In this document: piece after piece, positions 1-11,826 of the stretch
Numbering within the stretch: position 1 is the first letter of the stretch
Layout of the letters: each line of letters starts with the position of its first letter
Source: Adineta vaga
Lineage: Eukaryota > Animalia > Rotifera
NCBI GenBank assembly: GCA_021613535.1
Contig: CP075493.1
Location: forward strand, 11,346,001-11,410,000
Direction: 5' to 3'
DNA length: 64,000 nt
Notes under the pieces: model-generated
Told to the model about the DNA's origin: nothing
Database searches by the model: none
What the model saw: only the letters and a program-made list of their open reading frames with translations
Made by a program: the position numbers and the translations under genes

Positions 1-830
1 AGCCATGTTTGTCGTTGTTCGTTCATAAATATAGAAGGCTTTTGTATCTTATCTTTATAGATGATACCGACTGAAAGAGTACCATCACTTACAGATTCGG
101 ATAAATGTACATTAAATCGAATTGTCTGGTAGCGTTTATTTTTCGAGAGAAAGCCTTTATCTACAGACGCAAATACTTCATGTGAATATGTTTTATTAAC
201 ATATCGGACCTCAGAATTGCCGAACATGCCATGATTAAATCTTCTACTATTCTCATCTTGTACTTCCATAGTATAAGTTTCACAGCATATTGTACGATTG
301 TTGTTTGAAAATTTGATATGATCATCGGTTGAATGATTTTGAAATTGAATTTCGTTTTCCCAGAGAACTGAAAGTTTTGTCGCATAATCAAAGCAATCAT
401 TAATATGGTATTCTAGTTGTTCAAGGCGTTGTCCGTGTTCTTGAATAATATTTTCCAATCGAATAATATCATCAAGTCGAATACAATCCAAATTAAACTG
501 CATGTTAAATGAACGTGATAGGCGTCCAAAATTAACAATAAGAATCACATTTAATACTACTTTCGAACCTTGTTCTATTATTTGAAGATTTTTATCGGAA
601 CATTTTCCATCATTATCGATCAGTTCATGGATTAATTCAACCAAATGCTCACATGTTTCACAAGCACCTTGTGTCATATTCAGAACTGCATCTTGATCGA
701 TCTCCGTTCGATAGATTCTTTTCGTTTGCCGATGTTCAGCACCAATTGTTACTTTTGATTGAAGACAATGAACATCAATCTTATATAGTTGAAGAAGATT
801 TTCATCAGGTTGAAACTCGTTACACGACAT
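1..830 (-). CDS. Partial ORF running off the left edge; possible XRCC4/SAS-6/CCDC61-like head + coiled coil + SPRY-like C-terminal part
   Basis: Manual translation from ATG at 830 stays open to the window edge (MSCNEFQPDENLLQLYKIDVHCLQSKVTIGAEHRQTKRIYRTEIDQDAVLNMTQG...IRLENIIQEHGQRLEQLE...DDHIKFSNNNRTIC...). Absent from the ORF track because the stop lies outside the window. Domain calls are by eye. Confidence 0.7.
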   Translation of the reverse strand, partial: MSCNEFQPDENLLQLYKIDVHCLQSKVTIGAEHRQTKRIYRTEIDQDAVLNMTQGACETCEHLVELIHELIDNDGKCSDKNLQIIEQGSKVVLNVILIVNFGRLSRSFNMQFNLDCIRLDDIIRLENIIQEHGQRLEQLEYHINDCFDYATKLSVLWENEIQFQNHSTDDHIKFSNNNRTICCETYTMEVQDENSRRFNHGMFGNSEVRYVNKTYSHEVFASVDKGFLSKNKRYQTIRFNVHLSESVSDGTLSVGIIYKDKIQKPSIFMNEQRQTW

Positions 831-980
831 TCTTTTTTTCTTCTTTATCTTATGCTCAGATAACATTCCTTTTTATATTAGAAGACAAGCAAAAGTTTAT
901 TTAAGATATGACTGACTATTATATCCATAATATTTAGACTATACACACAACTTACGAGAAAACGAGAAAAAAACTGATTG

Positions 981-2272
981 TTATGAAAATAATGAAAATA
1001 GGAAAGATTTTTCTGAATTTTTCGTTTTCCAACAATAGTTTGTTCGTCTATGAATATTTTTTATTGAATGTCTTGATTTACTTAAAATCAATCGTCGCCA
1101 ATATGCATTACGTAATTTTTCCATACGATACGTTTGTTTCATGTGATAATATTTTTTCATTGAAATTTCATATAATTTCTCTTTTAAAAATTCTTCCGTT
1201 ATTTCTGTATGAGTTTGAATAATAATAACAGGTAGATCTTCATAGAGACTATTCAGAGAGGAATTCCAAACAATTGGTATCACATCAAGATATAGTGCTT
1301 CCCATGTACGATGGCAATCAATACCATTTCCACGCGGTGATAACCAAAATGAATATTGACGATTTCGTATGTAAATATCAGCAAGATTTGATCGACCGAC
1401 ACCAGGATCTTTACCAATACATGTTATAAATGATTTTGTTTTGTTTTTACGTATGCATAAATCTTTCCATATACGTCGACGAAGTCCAATTCCATCACTA
1501 TCTGCCATAAAATTGATTAAGAGAAGATTTTTTCTATTTGAACTACTTTTATCAAACAATACTCGACGAGTCATATCAATTGGTTGAATATAATGTAATG
1601 GTTCATCGATATCACCATAGAGTTGTGGTACTGTATGATGATTTTGTTGTTTATAAATTGTTTTCATTGCTTCAACCATTTCGTAACATTGAAGTCCTAA
1701 ACTGCAATGCTTTTTTAGAGAGTTTTATCTATTTGTAGTTTACCGATAGGAATATGGGTAAATTTCTTGCTTTTTGAACCATCAATTTCACCATTTTGAC
1801 CGAACCAATGAATAATTTTCGAATCGACTCGTTCCAAATAGTCCAAATTTGGTGAAGATAAGTCACCTTCGCCTGTTATTAAAACAAATTTATGAATGAG
1901 ATGTGGATAAATGTCCATGAAAAATCTACTAATTGCCCAAATACTAACATAAATAATACTACCATCAGGTAAACACGGAGCTATATGTCGTGCGTTTGTT
2001 GTCGTTTCAATTTTTTCATTAAATTGATTAGGCCAACCATAAATCCAATCAGCCATATTACGAAAATTCAATTGACAGATAAAGTCAGGATGATGTTGAG
2101 TAACATGTTTTGAATCAAATTCAAGACAAGTAGACGATAAATTAATGGTATAGGGACATAGTTTTGTACAGTCAAACAATTCTTGTTGGTTTGATAATTT
2201 CCTACGATTAATTAGAAGATGAACAATGTAGAACGTGAAAATGGAAAAGAGAACAACAATATAACGTCTCAT
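981..2272 (-). CDS. Exostosin-like (GT47-type) glycosyltransferase, type II membrane, 2 exons
   Basis: N-terminal TM anchor; motif SPRGNGIDCHRTWEALYLDVIPIV. A 47-nt GT-AG intron at 1697-1743 joins ORFs 1715..2272 and 981..1679 (HIPIG|LQCYEMVE). Confidence 0.85.
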
Positions 2273-2794
2273 GAGTATATCGATATAGCGCGCACCCCTC
2301 GTCTAAATGAATAACTTCTCTGTGTATATACATATTTATTCATTAAAAAAAAGTTGAACTACATGGTCTATCTCGTATGTAAACTTGTGAAGTAATGATG
2401 TCACCATATATCATCTTTCGTTCTCGTCATATGTTCGTCAGATGATATCACATGATAGCATATGTCCTATTTGTGTCATGTACTATAGTGAACCTTTTCT
2501 CATCCTTATATAAACTCCCTATTTTGTTATTAATAAACAGTATTGTATATACAAATACATATAGATTTATCTTCTTCTATCGTAACAAAGTACTATTTAT
2601 TGCATCAACTATACTATAATGAGGAGAAATAATAAATGATATCTCCATTCATTTTCATGAATATATATATTATACTAAAAGATGTCATTGATGAATTATA
2701 TAAGTATAGAAGATTTGTTTTTATTTCAAATGCTAACAAAAAAAGAAAACAGAATTATTTCCCTGAGATTATGTATATAGAATTGTGTTATAGA

Positions 2795-5700
2795 TCAGTT
2801 TTCGAGTCGTAATATACTTTCATTGATATGTTGTTTAATATGTTTAATTATATGAGATGACGATGAATAGTTCTTATTATAAATCGATAAGGCTGTTTTA
2901 TATTCAGCTACTCCTTGATTGAATTGACCATTTTGAATATGAATTTTAGCCATAATTGCATAAATATCAGCTAATGATGAATCTTTTAATGAAGTAGTTT
3001 CAATTGATTTATTAAAATAATATAAAGCTTGATTATAATCACGTTTATCAAGATGAATATTTGCAATAATCAGATAATAAATATCAGTGGTGAATTCACT
3101 ATTTGAAGTTTTATTTTTGACTTGTAGACGAAGTAATTTTAGAAAATAATTCAATGCTTGATCTCTATAATAAGATATGAATGAATTATTGTGAAAAATT
3201 TGATAGAGATTAATAAGTAATTTTTGTTCCGATTTTGTTTGTGTATCAATTAATTGTTTCCAATGATCGGATGGTATTTCTTCCGTAGGATTATACACAT
3301 GTCTAATTGAATAAATTTTTCCTATCATTGTATAGATTTCTTCGATTACTAAATTTTGACTTTCACAAAAAATACATCGACTAAAGAAAAGTAATGCTTC
3401 GTCATAAATCTTTCGATGAAAATAAATATATGCCATTGTTTTATAAACATTTACTAATGAAGAATCTTTTGTTGTCTTTTTATCAACAATCTTCGTTAAT
3501 AGTTTATAAAAGTAGAGTAATGCTTGATTATAATCTTGTTTTGTTAGATTAATATTAGCAATAATTTTGTAGATTTCAATGAATGAAGAATCATCGGATG
3601 GTAATGTTTTCGATTGTTTATCGAGTATTTGTTGAAAATAACTTATTGCTTGATCACGATGTCGTTGATCAAAATATTTACCTTCGATAATTTTCAACGC
3701 GCTCGATGATGCAGATGATAATGGTTTAAAGATCGATTGTTCGAAATAATCATATGTTAAATAGATCATTTGAATATAAGAATAGGTTTCTTTGATTGAT
3801 TCCGTATCAATTGATTTAGCTTGAACATGACAATCTAATAGAAGATTAAAATATAATAAAGCTCGAGAGAATTGATGTTGTTTGAAGTAGATAATTCCAA
3901 TGATTTGATAAATATCCGCTAAAGATGGATCTTCAACAAGTGTTTTTTCTAATAATTTTGTTAATAATTTTCGAAAATATTTGATTGAATGTTTTAAATC
4001 TTCTCTTTCAAAATGAATTACACCGATTAGTTTGTAGATTTCAATAATTAGCGAATCATTTATTGGGATAATTTTCAATTCATAATGAAGTAATTTATGA
4101 AAATATTTTACAGCTTGATCGAAACTTTGCATTTCTAAATAAATATCTGCAAGAATTTTATATGAATTACTTAAAGATGATTTTTCTTTGATAGATTGTT
4201 CAAAATATGAAATAACTCGATTGAAATAACGATGTTCATTTGAATTTTTAGTCAGAGAGATTATTCGAAATGATCTTGGTAATCGTGCGGTTGTTATAAA
4301 TTTAATTTTTGCTTTTTGCTTTGAATCGAATCGATTATGATGAAGAAAAACCTTTCCAATATTTGTTAATGTTTCATTTAAGACTTTCGAATTCGTTTCT
4401 AATTGACAATCGAATAGATGATTATAATAAATAAGTGCTTGAGGAAAATCAGATTTTTCAAAATAAATATTAGCAATCAATTTATAAAGTTTAATTAATG
4501 TTCGATAATCGGATGGTTTTGTTTTCAATTGATTTAATAATAATTTCTTTAGATAAATTAATGCTTGATCATAATTATGTATTTCCATATTGATGTTTCC
4601 AATAACTTTATAGATGTCAATTAACATGGGATCTGTTGATGATTTCGTTGTTAATTCATTTTTCATTAAATTTTCATAGGAAACTAATGCATCATCCATA
4701 TTTCGTTTTTCTAATTGAATATTTCCAAGAACTTTATATAAATGACTTAGTTTCGGATCTCCAACTTGAAGTTTTTCCAATTGAACTTTCAATAATTCTT
4801 CAAAATAACGTAGAACTTGATCTAAATGTCGTTTTTCAAAATGTACACTTTCAATCATTCGAAATGAATCCGTTAAATCAATTGTATTTGTTATTCGATT
4901 TTGCATTTGTGTCATGATTAAATTTCCAAAATAGAGTAATGTATTATCGAAAAAATTATTCTGCGCATAGATATTACCGATAATTTCATAGATATCATCA
5001 ATTAATTTTTCATCTAACGGTTTTACTCGTGATTGAGCATCAACTAATCGATTTAAATGAATCAATGCCAGTGAATAATCTTCCGTTTTTAAATAAAGAT
5101 TTGCAAGAATTTTATATATATCAATTAATGATGGATCATCTGGAAGTTTACGTTCCAAATCATTTTTCAATGATTTACGAAAGTTATCTAATGCTTCATC
5201 TAAAGCATCTTTTTTCAAATATGTCTGTCCGATCGTATTGTATGTTTCTGTAATAGCAGGATTGCCTGTAGATAATCGTTGTAATTGATTTTTCAGAAGT
5301 TTATCGAGATAATCTAATGCTAAATCATAATTATTTCTTGCGAGATAAGTATTACCAAGAAGTGAATAAGTTTCTGCTACGGATGGATGTTTTCCGGATA
5401 ATGTTTTCAATTGATTTTCAAGTAATTTATGAAAATATTCTAATGCTCGATCATAATCACCTTTCTTTTTATAGAGTGAACCGAAATTTTTAAAACTTTC
5501 AGCAAAATCCGAATGATTATTTGGTAAAGATTTAAGTTGTAGATCATAGGCTTTCTGTATACATTCAAATGCTTTTGTTTCTTGGTCGAAATCAGAATAC
5601 ATCTGTCCCATAGCAATATAAGTATAACCTAAATCTGGATGATCAGAAGATAATGCTTGTTGTTGATTTTGAATTGCTCTTTCAAACATATTTATTGCTT

Positions 5701-7057
5701 TGTCAAATTGTTTTAAAGCTGTAAAGATTTTGCCAAATTCTATAAATGTATTTGCCATGGTCAATGACGTTGCATTGGATTGAGTTGTTAAACATTTATA
5801 TTGATATTCTAAAGCAATTTTATAATTTTTCATTCGAAAATGTAATTTCGATAGACCAGAATAAGTTATTGAATGATTATTTTTATCGATCTTTAATGCT
5901 TGTTCATAATGATGAAAAGCTAGTGGATAATTTTCTTGATACGAATGAATTAATCCTAAATCATTATGGCATTGTACAATAAGAGGATGATCTTTAGATT
6001 TCGAATCTTTCGATAAATAATTCATTGCTACATCTAAATGTTTTCGTGCATCATCATATTCTCCTTTCTTTTCATTAACTTGTGCAAGTCCATGATAACA
6101 ACTTGCTATATCTAAATCATCTTTTATTAATTTATCTTTTAATAATGTTTCATAATGTATTTCAGCTTCGTCAAATTTTTGCATTTGTATCAAATACGTA
6201 CCGAGACATACTAAAACATTCTTTCCTTCTAATTCTTTTTCTAATTCTTCTTGAAATCGAGTCAAATCACCATCTTCATCACTACATAATGTTAAATTTG
6301 CTCGCCAAATTTGTAATTTCTTATCAAACCAGATTTCATCAATACGAAAAACACAACCAAACATAAATAAAACTTCGTCTTCTTTTGCAAATGCACTTAA
6401 ATTTTTGACATCAGCATATGGTCGAGTAGATTGTTCTAAATTCAGAGAAATTTCTAATAAGATCGTTGTTAATGTATCTGATTTTGCTCCACTCATAGCA
6501 AATTCTAAAGCTTGTTGTCGATTTGTACTTGTGGATAGAAATGAATTCATAGAAAGTAATTGACCTTTGGCATATTTTATTCGATTAACTTCATCAACAC
6601 TTATCATTTGTCCACGATAAACTGTTAGAAATCTTGATGGACTTGTAACTAAAAACATGATTTGTTCATAGGCTAATTGATTATATAAATCACGAATAAA
6701 TTGAGTAAAAGCTATTAAATCTCCGATATTTTGTGTTCGTAATGCTTTATTCAATAAACGATAAATACATGATTCACGTGTATACCAATAAACAGCTTTC
6801 GTTCCTTTATAACTAGTATCATATTCGATCATAATAGTTTTATCTTTTTCATCTGTTGGCACAAAATGTTCAATCAGTTTGATTTTTTCAGATGAATCGA
6901 TCAAACCATTCGCTAATAAACGTTTAAGAATAACTTGATAGAGTAGAAATTCTCCATTTAAACTATTATGTTGACTTTGCATATCTTGTAAGCAAAAGAC
7001 ATTTGCCATTGAACCAGCATTTCCACTCGTTTTACTTACAGATTTTCTTCGCAACAT
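2795..7057 (-). CDS. ADP-ribosyltransferase (R-S-E clade) domain fused to a long TPR array, 1420 aa
   Basis: ART motifs VYRGQ, FLSTS and EDEVLF, followed by about 1100 aa of TPR repeats (e.g. HPDLGYTYIAMG, HPSVAETYSLLG); single ORF. Confidence 0.9.
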   Translation of the reverse strand: MLRRKSVSKTSGNAGSMANVFCLQDMQSQHNSLNGEFLLYQVILKRLLANGLIDSSEKIKLIEHFVPTDEKDKTIMIEYDTSYKGTKAVYWYTRESCIYRLLNKALRTQNIGDLIAFTQFIRDLYNQLAYEQIMFLVTSPSRFLTVYRGQMISVDEVNRIKYAKGQLLSMNSFLSTSTNRQQALEFAMSGAKSDTLTTILLEISLNLEQSTRPYADVKNLSAFAKEDEVLFMFGCVFRIDEIWFDKKLQIWRANLTLCSDEDGDLTRFQEELEKELEGKNVLVCLGTYLIQMQKFDEAEIHYETLLKDKLIKDDLDIASCYHGLAQVNEKKGEYDDARKHLDVAMNYLSKDSKSKDHPLIVQCHNDLGLIHSYQENYPLAFHHYEQALKIDKNNHSITYSGLSKLHFRMKNYKIALEYQYKCLTTQSNATSLTMANTFIEFGKIFTALKQFDKAINMFERAIQNQQQALSSDHPDLGYTYIAMGQMYSDFDQETKAFECIQKAYDLQLKSLPNNHSDFAESFKNFGSLYKKKGDYDRALEYFHKLLENQLKTLSGKHPSVAETYSLLGNTYLARNNYDLALDYLDKLLKNQLQRLSTGNPAITETYNTIGQTYLKKDALDEALDNFRKSLKNDLERKLPDDPSLIDIYKILANLYLKTEDYSLALIHLNRLVDAQSRVKPLDEKLIDDIYEIIGNIYAQNNFFDNTLLYFGNLIMTQMQNRITNTIDLTDSFRMIESVHFEKRHLDQVLRYFEELLKVQLEKLQVGDPKLSHLYKVLGNIQLEKRNMDDALVSYENLMKNELTTKSSTDPMLIDIYKVIGNINMEIHNYDQALIYLKKLLLNQLKTKPSDYRTLIKLYKLIANIYFEKSDFPQALIYYNHLFDCQLETNSKVLNETLTNIGKVFLHHNRFDSKQKAKIKFITTARLPRSFRIISLTKNSNEHRYFNRVISYFEQSIKEKSSLSNSYKILADIYLEMQSFDQAVKYFHKLLHYELKIIPINDSLIIEIYKLIGVIHFEREDLKHSIKYFRKLLTKLLEKTLVEDPSLADIYQIIGIIYFKQHQFSRALLYFNLLLDCHVQAKSIDTESIKETYSYIQMIYLTYDYFEQSIFKPLSSASSSALKIIEGKYFDQRHRDQAISYFQQILDKQSKTLPSDDSSFIEIYKIIANINLTKQDYNQALLYFYKLLTKIVDKKTTKDSSLVNVYKTMAYIYFHRKIYDEALLFFSRCIFCESQNLVIEEIYTMIGKIYSIRHVYNPTEEIPSDHWKQLIDTQTKSEQKLLINLYQIFHNNSFISYYRDQALNYFLKLLRLQVKNKTSNSEFTTDIYYLIIANIHLDKRDYNQALYYFNKSIETTSLKDSSLADIYAIMAKIHIQNGQFNQGVAEYKTALSIYNKNYSSSSHIIKHIKQHINESILRLEN

Positions 7058-7707
7058 ATTGAAAATGATTATTCTAAATAGTTGCGAAATTGAATTTAAA
7101 CTTTATTTCATTATTTCCTTTGAAAATTTGCACTAACCTTTCCTTTCAATTTCACGGAAAAAAAATCGAATAGATAAGTAATTAATATTGCACTTGATTT
7201 CTATATTTGTTGACGATGTAAAGAATACATCACCTGTAAATATTATGTATTCAAACAATGACCTTGCATTATACCACGTGTTTTTCTTTCGTTCCGATAA
7301 ATTATCTAGATACATTTAATATACATGTAACATAGATAATTAAGATAGGATGATTGGTAAAAAAGAAGTAATCGTTATGAAATATGGGGTATTTTTTGAA
7401 AAGACATGATGAATATGAATTTAAATTATTTTCGAACATTTCTATTCGATGTACTGATGAATCAAGAAAGAAAAAGAATACATGAAATTTTGTTATATAT
7501 TTGCATCATTATATTGACAGTTTAGTATGACTGAATAAATCACATATCGATAATATCATATAGAGTCTTATTCTTTTCGTTTCTTTTCATCGCTTCTATC
7601 ACGGCCATATGCTGCCGTATATTATTGATCGATACTCTTTTATTTGAATCTTATTTTCGAGATTGCTATACTATAGTTATTCGTTGTAATATATAAATTC
7701 AGACGCA

Positions 7708-8433
7708 ATGATGAGTTTGAGAATAATGACATTCAATGTTGCTGCTTGTCGTGAACCATCTCGTGGTATTGTTGATGTAGCACAAACAATTGAACAAGAA
7801 CAACCAGATTTTGTTGCTCTGCAAGAAGTTGATAAGTTTACACGTCGATCAGGTTCTGAAATTGATCAATTAGTTGAACTTGCTCGTCATGCACACATTT
7901 CTCATATGTTATACGTTCCTGCAATGGATTATCAAGGAGGACAATATGGAAATGGAATTCTGTCAAAACATGATTTTGATACTGTTGCACTAACACATCT
8001 TGATGGACGAAATCAAGGTGAACCAAGATCGTTAGGAATCGTCTCATTTAAGTTAAACAATGATGAAAAACTTTTCTTTGGCGTCGTTCATCTCGAACAT
8101 GAGATTGTAGAGCTTCGTGAAGCACAAGTAAAAGAAGTAATTGAACTTTATCGACGTATGGAACTTTACAAGCAGCCATTCATTCTAGCTGGTGATTTTA
8201 ATGATGGACCAATCAGTCAAACAATTCAATTAATAACAACGGAATGTGATTTACAATTGCCGTATGATCAATGTTCAAAAACATTTCCGGCAGATAATCC
8301 TACTATAACAATTGATTATATTTTCATGAATCAGAAAGCAATGGAAATGTTTGAATTGAATAGTTATCGTACATCGAACACAAATATTTCATCGGATCAT
8401 CTTCCATTAATTATGGAACTTAAACAAAAATGA
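7708..8433 (+). CDS. Endonuclease/exonuclease/phosphatase (EEP) family protein, bacterial type
   Basis: Motifs MTFNV, DFVALQEVD, YGNGILS, AGDFN, IDYIF and SDHLP; intronless. Confidence 0.9.
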   Translation: MMSLRIMTFNVAACREPSRGIVDVAQTIEQEQPDFVALQEVDKFTRRSGSEIDQLVELARHAHISHMLYVPAMDYQGGQYGNGILSKHDFDTVALTHLDGRNQGEPRSLGIVSFKLNNDEKLFFGVVHLEHEIVELREAQVKEVIELYRRMELYKQPFILAGDFNDGPISQTIQLITTECDLQLPYDQCSKTFPADNPTITIDYIFMNQKAMEMFELNSYRTSNTNISSDHLPLIMELKQK

Positions 8434-9079
8434 TGATCTTCTAAACAAAGTTTTTCTTCTCTGGTTACTTTTTGACTATATACTGATCGTTCAGTTATAT
8501 CACTATTTTACTAATAAATATTCTAGAGTGAACGACTAAAAGGAAAATTTGCACTTAATAGTTGTTTTCGTGATACATTAAGATGTATTACCTTGAGAAA
8601 TATCAATTAAAAAAACATATAGACAGGTCTATTTTTCTCATTTCGATTCTTGATTTGCCTAGACGAAACCAGGTGATATATCTAGAAAATATCAGCAAAG
8701 TCTGCCCATATTTTCCGTTACATTTAATTATTACCGATAGTATTCATGTAATATCACGCAATTTTTTTATGACATGAATGTTTTCTTTTCAATGTGAATG
8801 AAGAGAATGAGCACATTGTTTTTTTGTGTCAACAATTTAATGGAAAATAAAGTACACGGAAAGAAATTTCTATAGATAATAAGCGGAAAGGTATGGTGTA
8901 TTTTATACTGACCTATAAAACGATGGTAGATGTAAACAACAACATATACAAATTTCAATCACATATTTATTCGTCAATTGTTGTATAGCAGTAAGTTTGT
9001 TTTTTTTTGATTGATGCATTTGTCTTCAATCGAAGATTTTTTGGCAATAGAAATAATATTGATCGTAAATTAATTTTAG

Positions 9080-9384
9080 ATGTCTACAACTCGTGCTGCT
9101 GCCACGACTGCTGGCTTATTCCGACCACAAAGTTCGTTCAAGTATATCTTTATTGATTTTTATTGCTTTCATTTTTAGCTCAAAATCAAGCCGCTAAACG
9201 AGACGCATGGTATGGTCCATATGGTAGATGGGGTCGTGGTTGGGGTCCTTCATGGGGATGGGGTCCTATGCCTTACAGTGGTTGGGGTGGATGGGGCTGG
9301 GGAGGATGGGGTATGCAGTTGCTCTTTATCTGAATAATATCGTAACATTGTTGTTTATTGATTTTAGATCCTTTTTGGTGGTAA
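9080..9384 (+). CDS. Small Gly/Trp-rich peptide (66 aa, 3 coding exons)
   Basis: Exons 9080-9131, 9179-9310 and 9368-9384 with GT-AG introns give MSTTRAAATTAGLFRPQTQNQAAKRDAWYGPYGRWGRGWGPSWGWGPMPYSGWGGWGWGGWDPFWW*. TATAAAA at about 8914, a probable 5'UTR intron (donor at 8991) and AATAAA downstream. Confidence 0.75.
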
Positions 9385-9997
9385 ACGATGAATCTGATCG
9401 GATCTATCAACTCTTCTGAACGCCTTTACATCTCACTATAAACTCTTTTCTCCTCTGCGTATCTTTGATAAAAAAATGATTGAATAAACTTTTGTAAAAC
9501 ATGAAATAAAAGAAATATTAAAGAGTTGAAGATAAAAAAATATGTACTCTATTGTTTGTACCTTTGCCGTGAACATTATAGAGATGTGAGTAACGGTTCG
9601 TACTAGATGTGGCAAGCATTCTATTATCCATAATTAACTAGTCTTGATGAACATCAATTGGCATTAATATATATATATAGATATATAACAGACACGTCTA
9701 ATAAACCATGATAGATCAGCCTTGGCGAAATTTGGCCTACTACACACTTTTGAGGAATTCTTTGACATATAAAGATCTGGGGTATGGTGTGTGTGGTCGA
9801 TCGAACTAGCGAAATCTTAGTGTCAGTGTATTCAATGATACTATGAAAAATAAAGAACAAAGTTTGTTACATATCTTATTAAAATAACTTAAAGAATGTG
9901 ATTTTATATCTTCTAAATATTACATGTTAAATAGATAACGATATTTAAAAAGAAATATTATCTAAAATGTGTCCATTCTACGCAGTTTAATTGCTTA

Positions 9998-11693
9998 ATG
10001 TCGACAGAAGCTGTCGTCACAGTCGATTGTAAAAATGTTATCGAGGATTTAAAACATATTTGGACGTCGATTTCTTTTGATGAAATCAATTGGTCGTACA
10101 CTGAAAGAGGAAAAGATTTACTTCGAACATTGAAAAGTACGTAAGATTCTTTATTAGTTTTTAAATCTTCACCTAGAAAATCAACTCTCTCGTTTTATGG
10201 TAGATGAAGTATTTCAAAGACCATATTATGTATGAAATCATAATGCATTTACTAGTGGAAATTGTCTTAGTTCTCCTGCTCATGGATCTACAAATGTTTA
10301 TGTTGAAGATGAACAGAAAAATCCTATTTATAATTTTAATATTATTGATCAACTTTACGACAATTACATTGAAAATAATCTTATACCTTTTGTTGAATTT
10401 AATTTTATGCCATTCGATTTAGTACCAAATCAGAGCGCACAACAAGATTATGATTTAAATGGATGGAAATATCCACCTAAAGATTACAAGAAATGGATTA
10501 GTTTAATTCAAACATTTCTTAAACATCTAGATGAACGATATGGAAAACAAATTGAAAATTGGTATTTTGAAGTGTGGAATGAACCTAATATTCTAAATTA
10601 TTGGTTAGGAACAGTAGAAGATTATTGTCACTTACATGATTTTTCTGTCCAAGCTTTGAAATCGATTAATCCAAACTTGAAAATTGGTGGTCCAGCATTG
10701 GCTACAAATGGTTCGAGTGGAGATTTTCTAGAGAAATTCTTAGAGCATATTACAAATGCTGAAATCCCGATTGATTTTATTTCATTTCATATCAAAGGTT
10801 AACATACTACATAGAAGAGAACATCTTAATCTTTACTCCTGAACTTTTCTTCTCTAGGTGCGTATTTCAGTCCTCTTCGTTCATATGGTCATAAAGTTGA
10901 ACTTGAATATCCAAGTATATCACGAATTATAACTGATATTCAAACTAATTTGAATATAATTAATCAATTTCCAAATTTGAATAATGTCTCAATCTTTATT
11001 GACGAATGTGATCCAACAGTCGGTGCAATCTATGAAGTATATGACAATCCAAATTTTGTTGTATGTAACACAGAATATTATCCATCTGTGATTGCAGAAA
11101 TGATTTATACTATTTTATCCATATCACCCAGAATTCATTTGATATGCAATTCATTGTTTTATATGGAAGGAAAAAGATTATTTGAAGGAAATCGAACATT
11201 TTTAACGAATTATAATTTACATTTACCTGTTATGAATGGATTTAAATTATTCGAAAAATTACAAACAAAACAATTTTCTATTGAAATAAAAGATAATCAT
11301 ATTCCTCTTCATGGTATTTCAACATTTCATGAAGCGAATTCCGATATTCAATTGTTATTATTTAGTCATATTGATGATTATACACTTTATGAAAATCAAA
11401 ATGTAACAATAATATTCAATAATATGAAATTAAACTATGTACTAGTTAGACATTATAAAATTGATGCAAATAATAATAATATCTATTCGGAATGGGTAAA
11501 ATTTGGTAAACCAGATTATTTGAATTCAGATCAATTGAAATATTTTCAAAATTTTCAAGAATTGAAATTATTCGATAAACCAATTGTATATCAAGTCGAA
11601 AATAATCAACTTATTTTGAATGGATTTAATATTTACACGCATTCAACTGACTTTATTGAAATTATTAATTTAGATGTTTCTTCTTCACAATAA
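9998..11693 (+). CDS. Glycoside hydrolase family 39 (beta-xylosidase-like), 3 exons
   Basis: WTSISFDEINW, YFEVWNEPN (acid/base Glu), KIGGPA, DFISFHIKG and IFIDECDP (nucleophile); introns at about 10137-10203 and 10798-10857. Confidence 0.88.
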
Positions 11694-11826
11694 ATTATAC
11701 TTTAACGAGTATATGATCTATTGCCTTTTAATTGACAGTTATGAATTGTGTCAGATGATAGAAGTGAAGTAGATCTGTGTATTTATTTCGGAATTAACTA
11801 AATGATGAGTAATTATAAAAAATGAG

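Noticed and set aside
9228-9419. ORF-track peptide MGSWLGSFMG...
   Set aside because: Wrong frame; the spliced Gly/Trp peptide fits the splice sites better.
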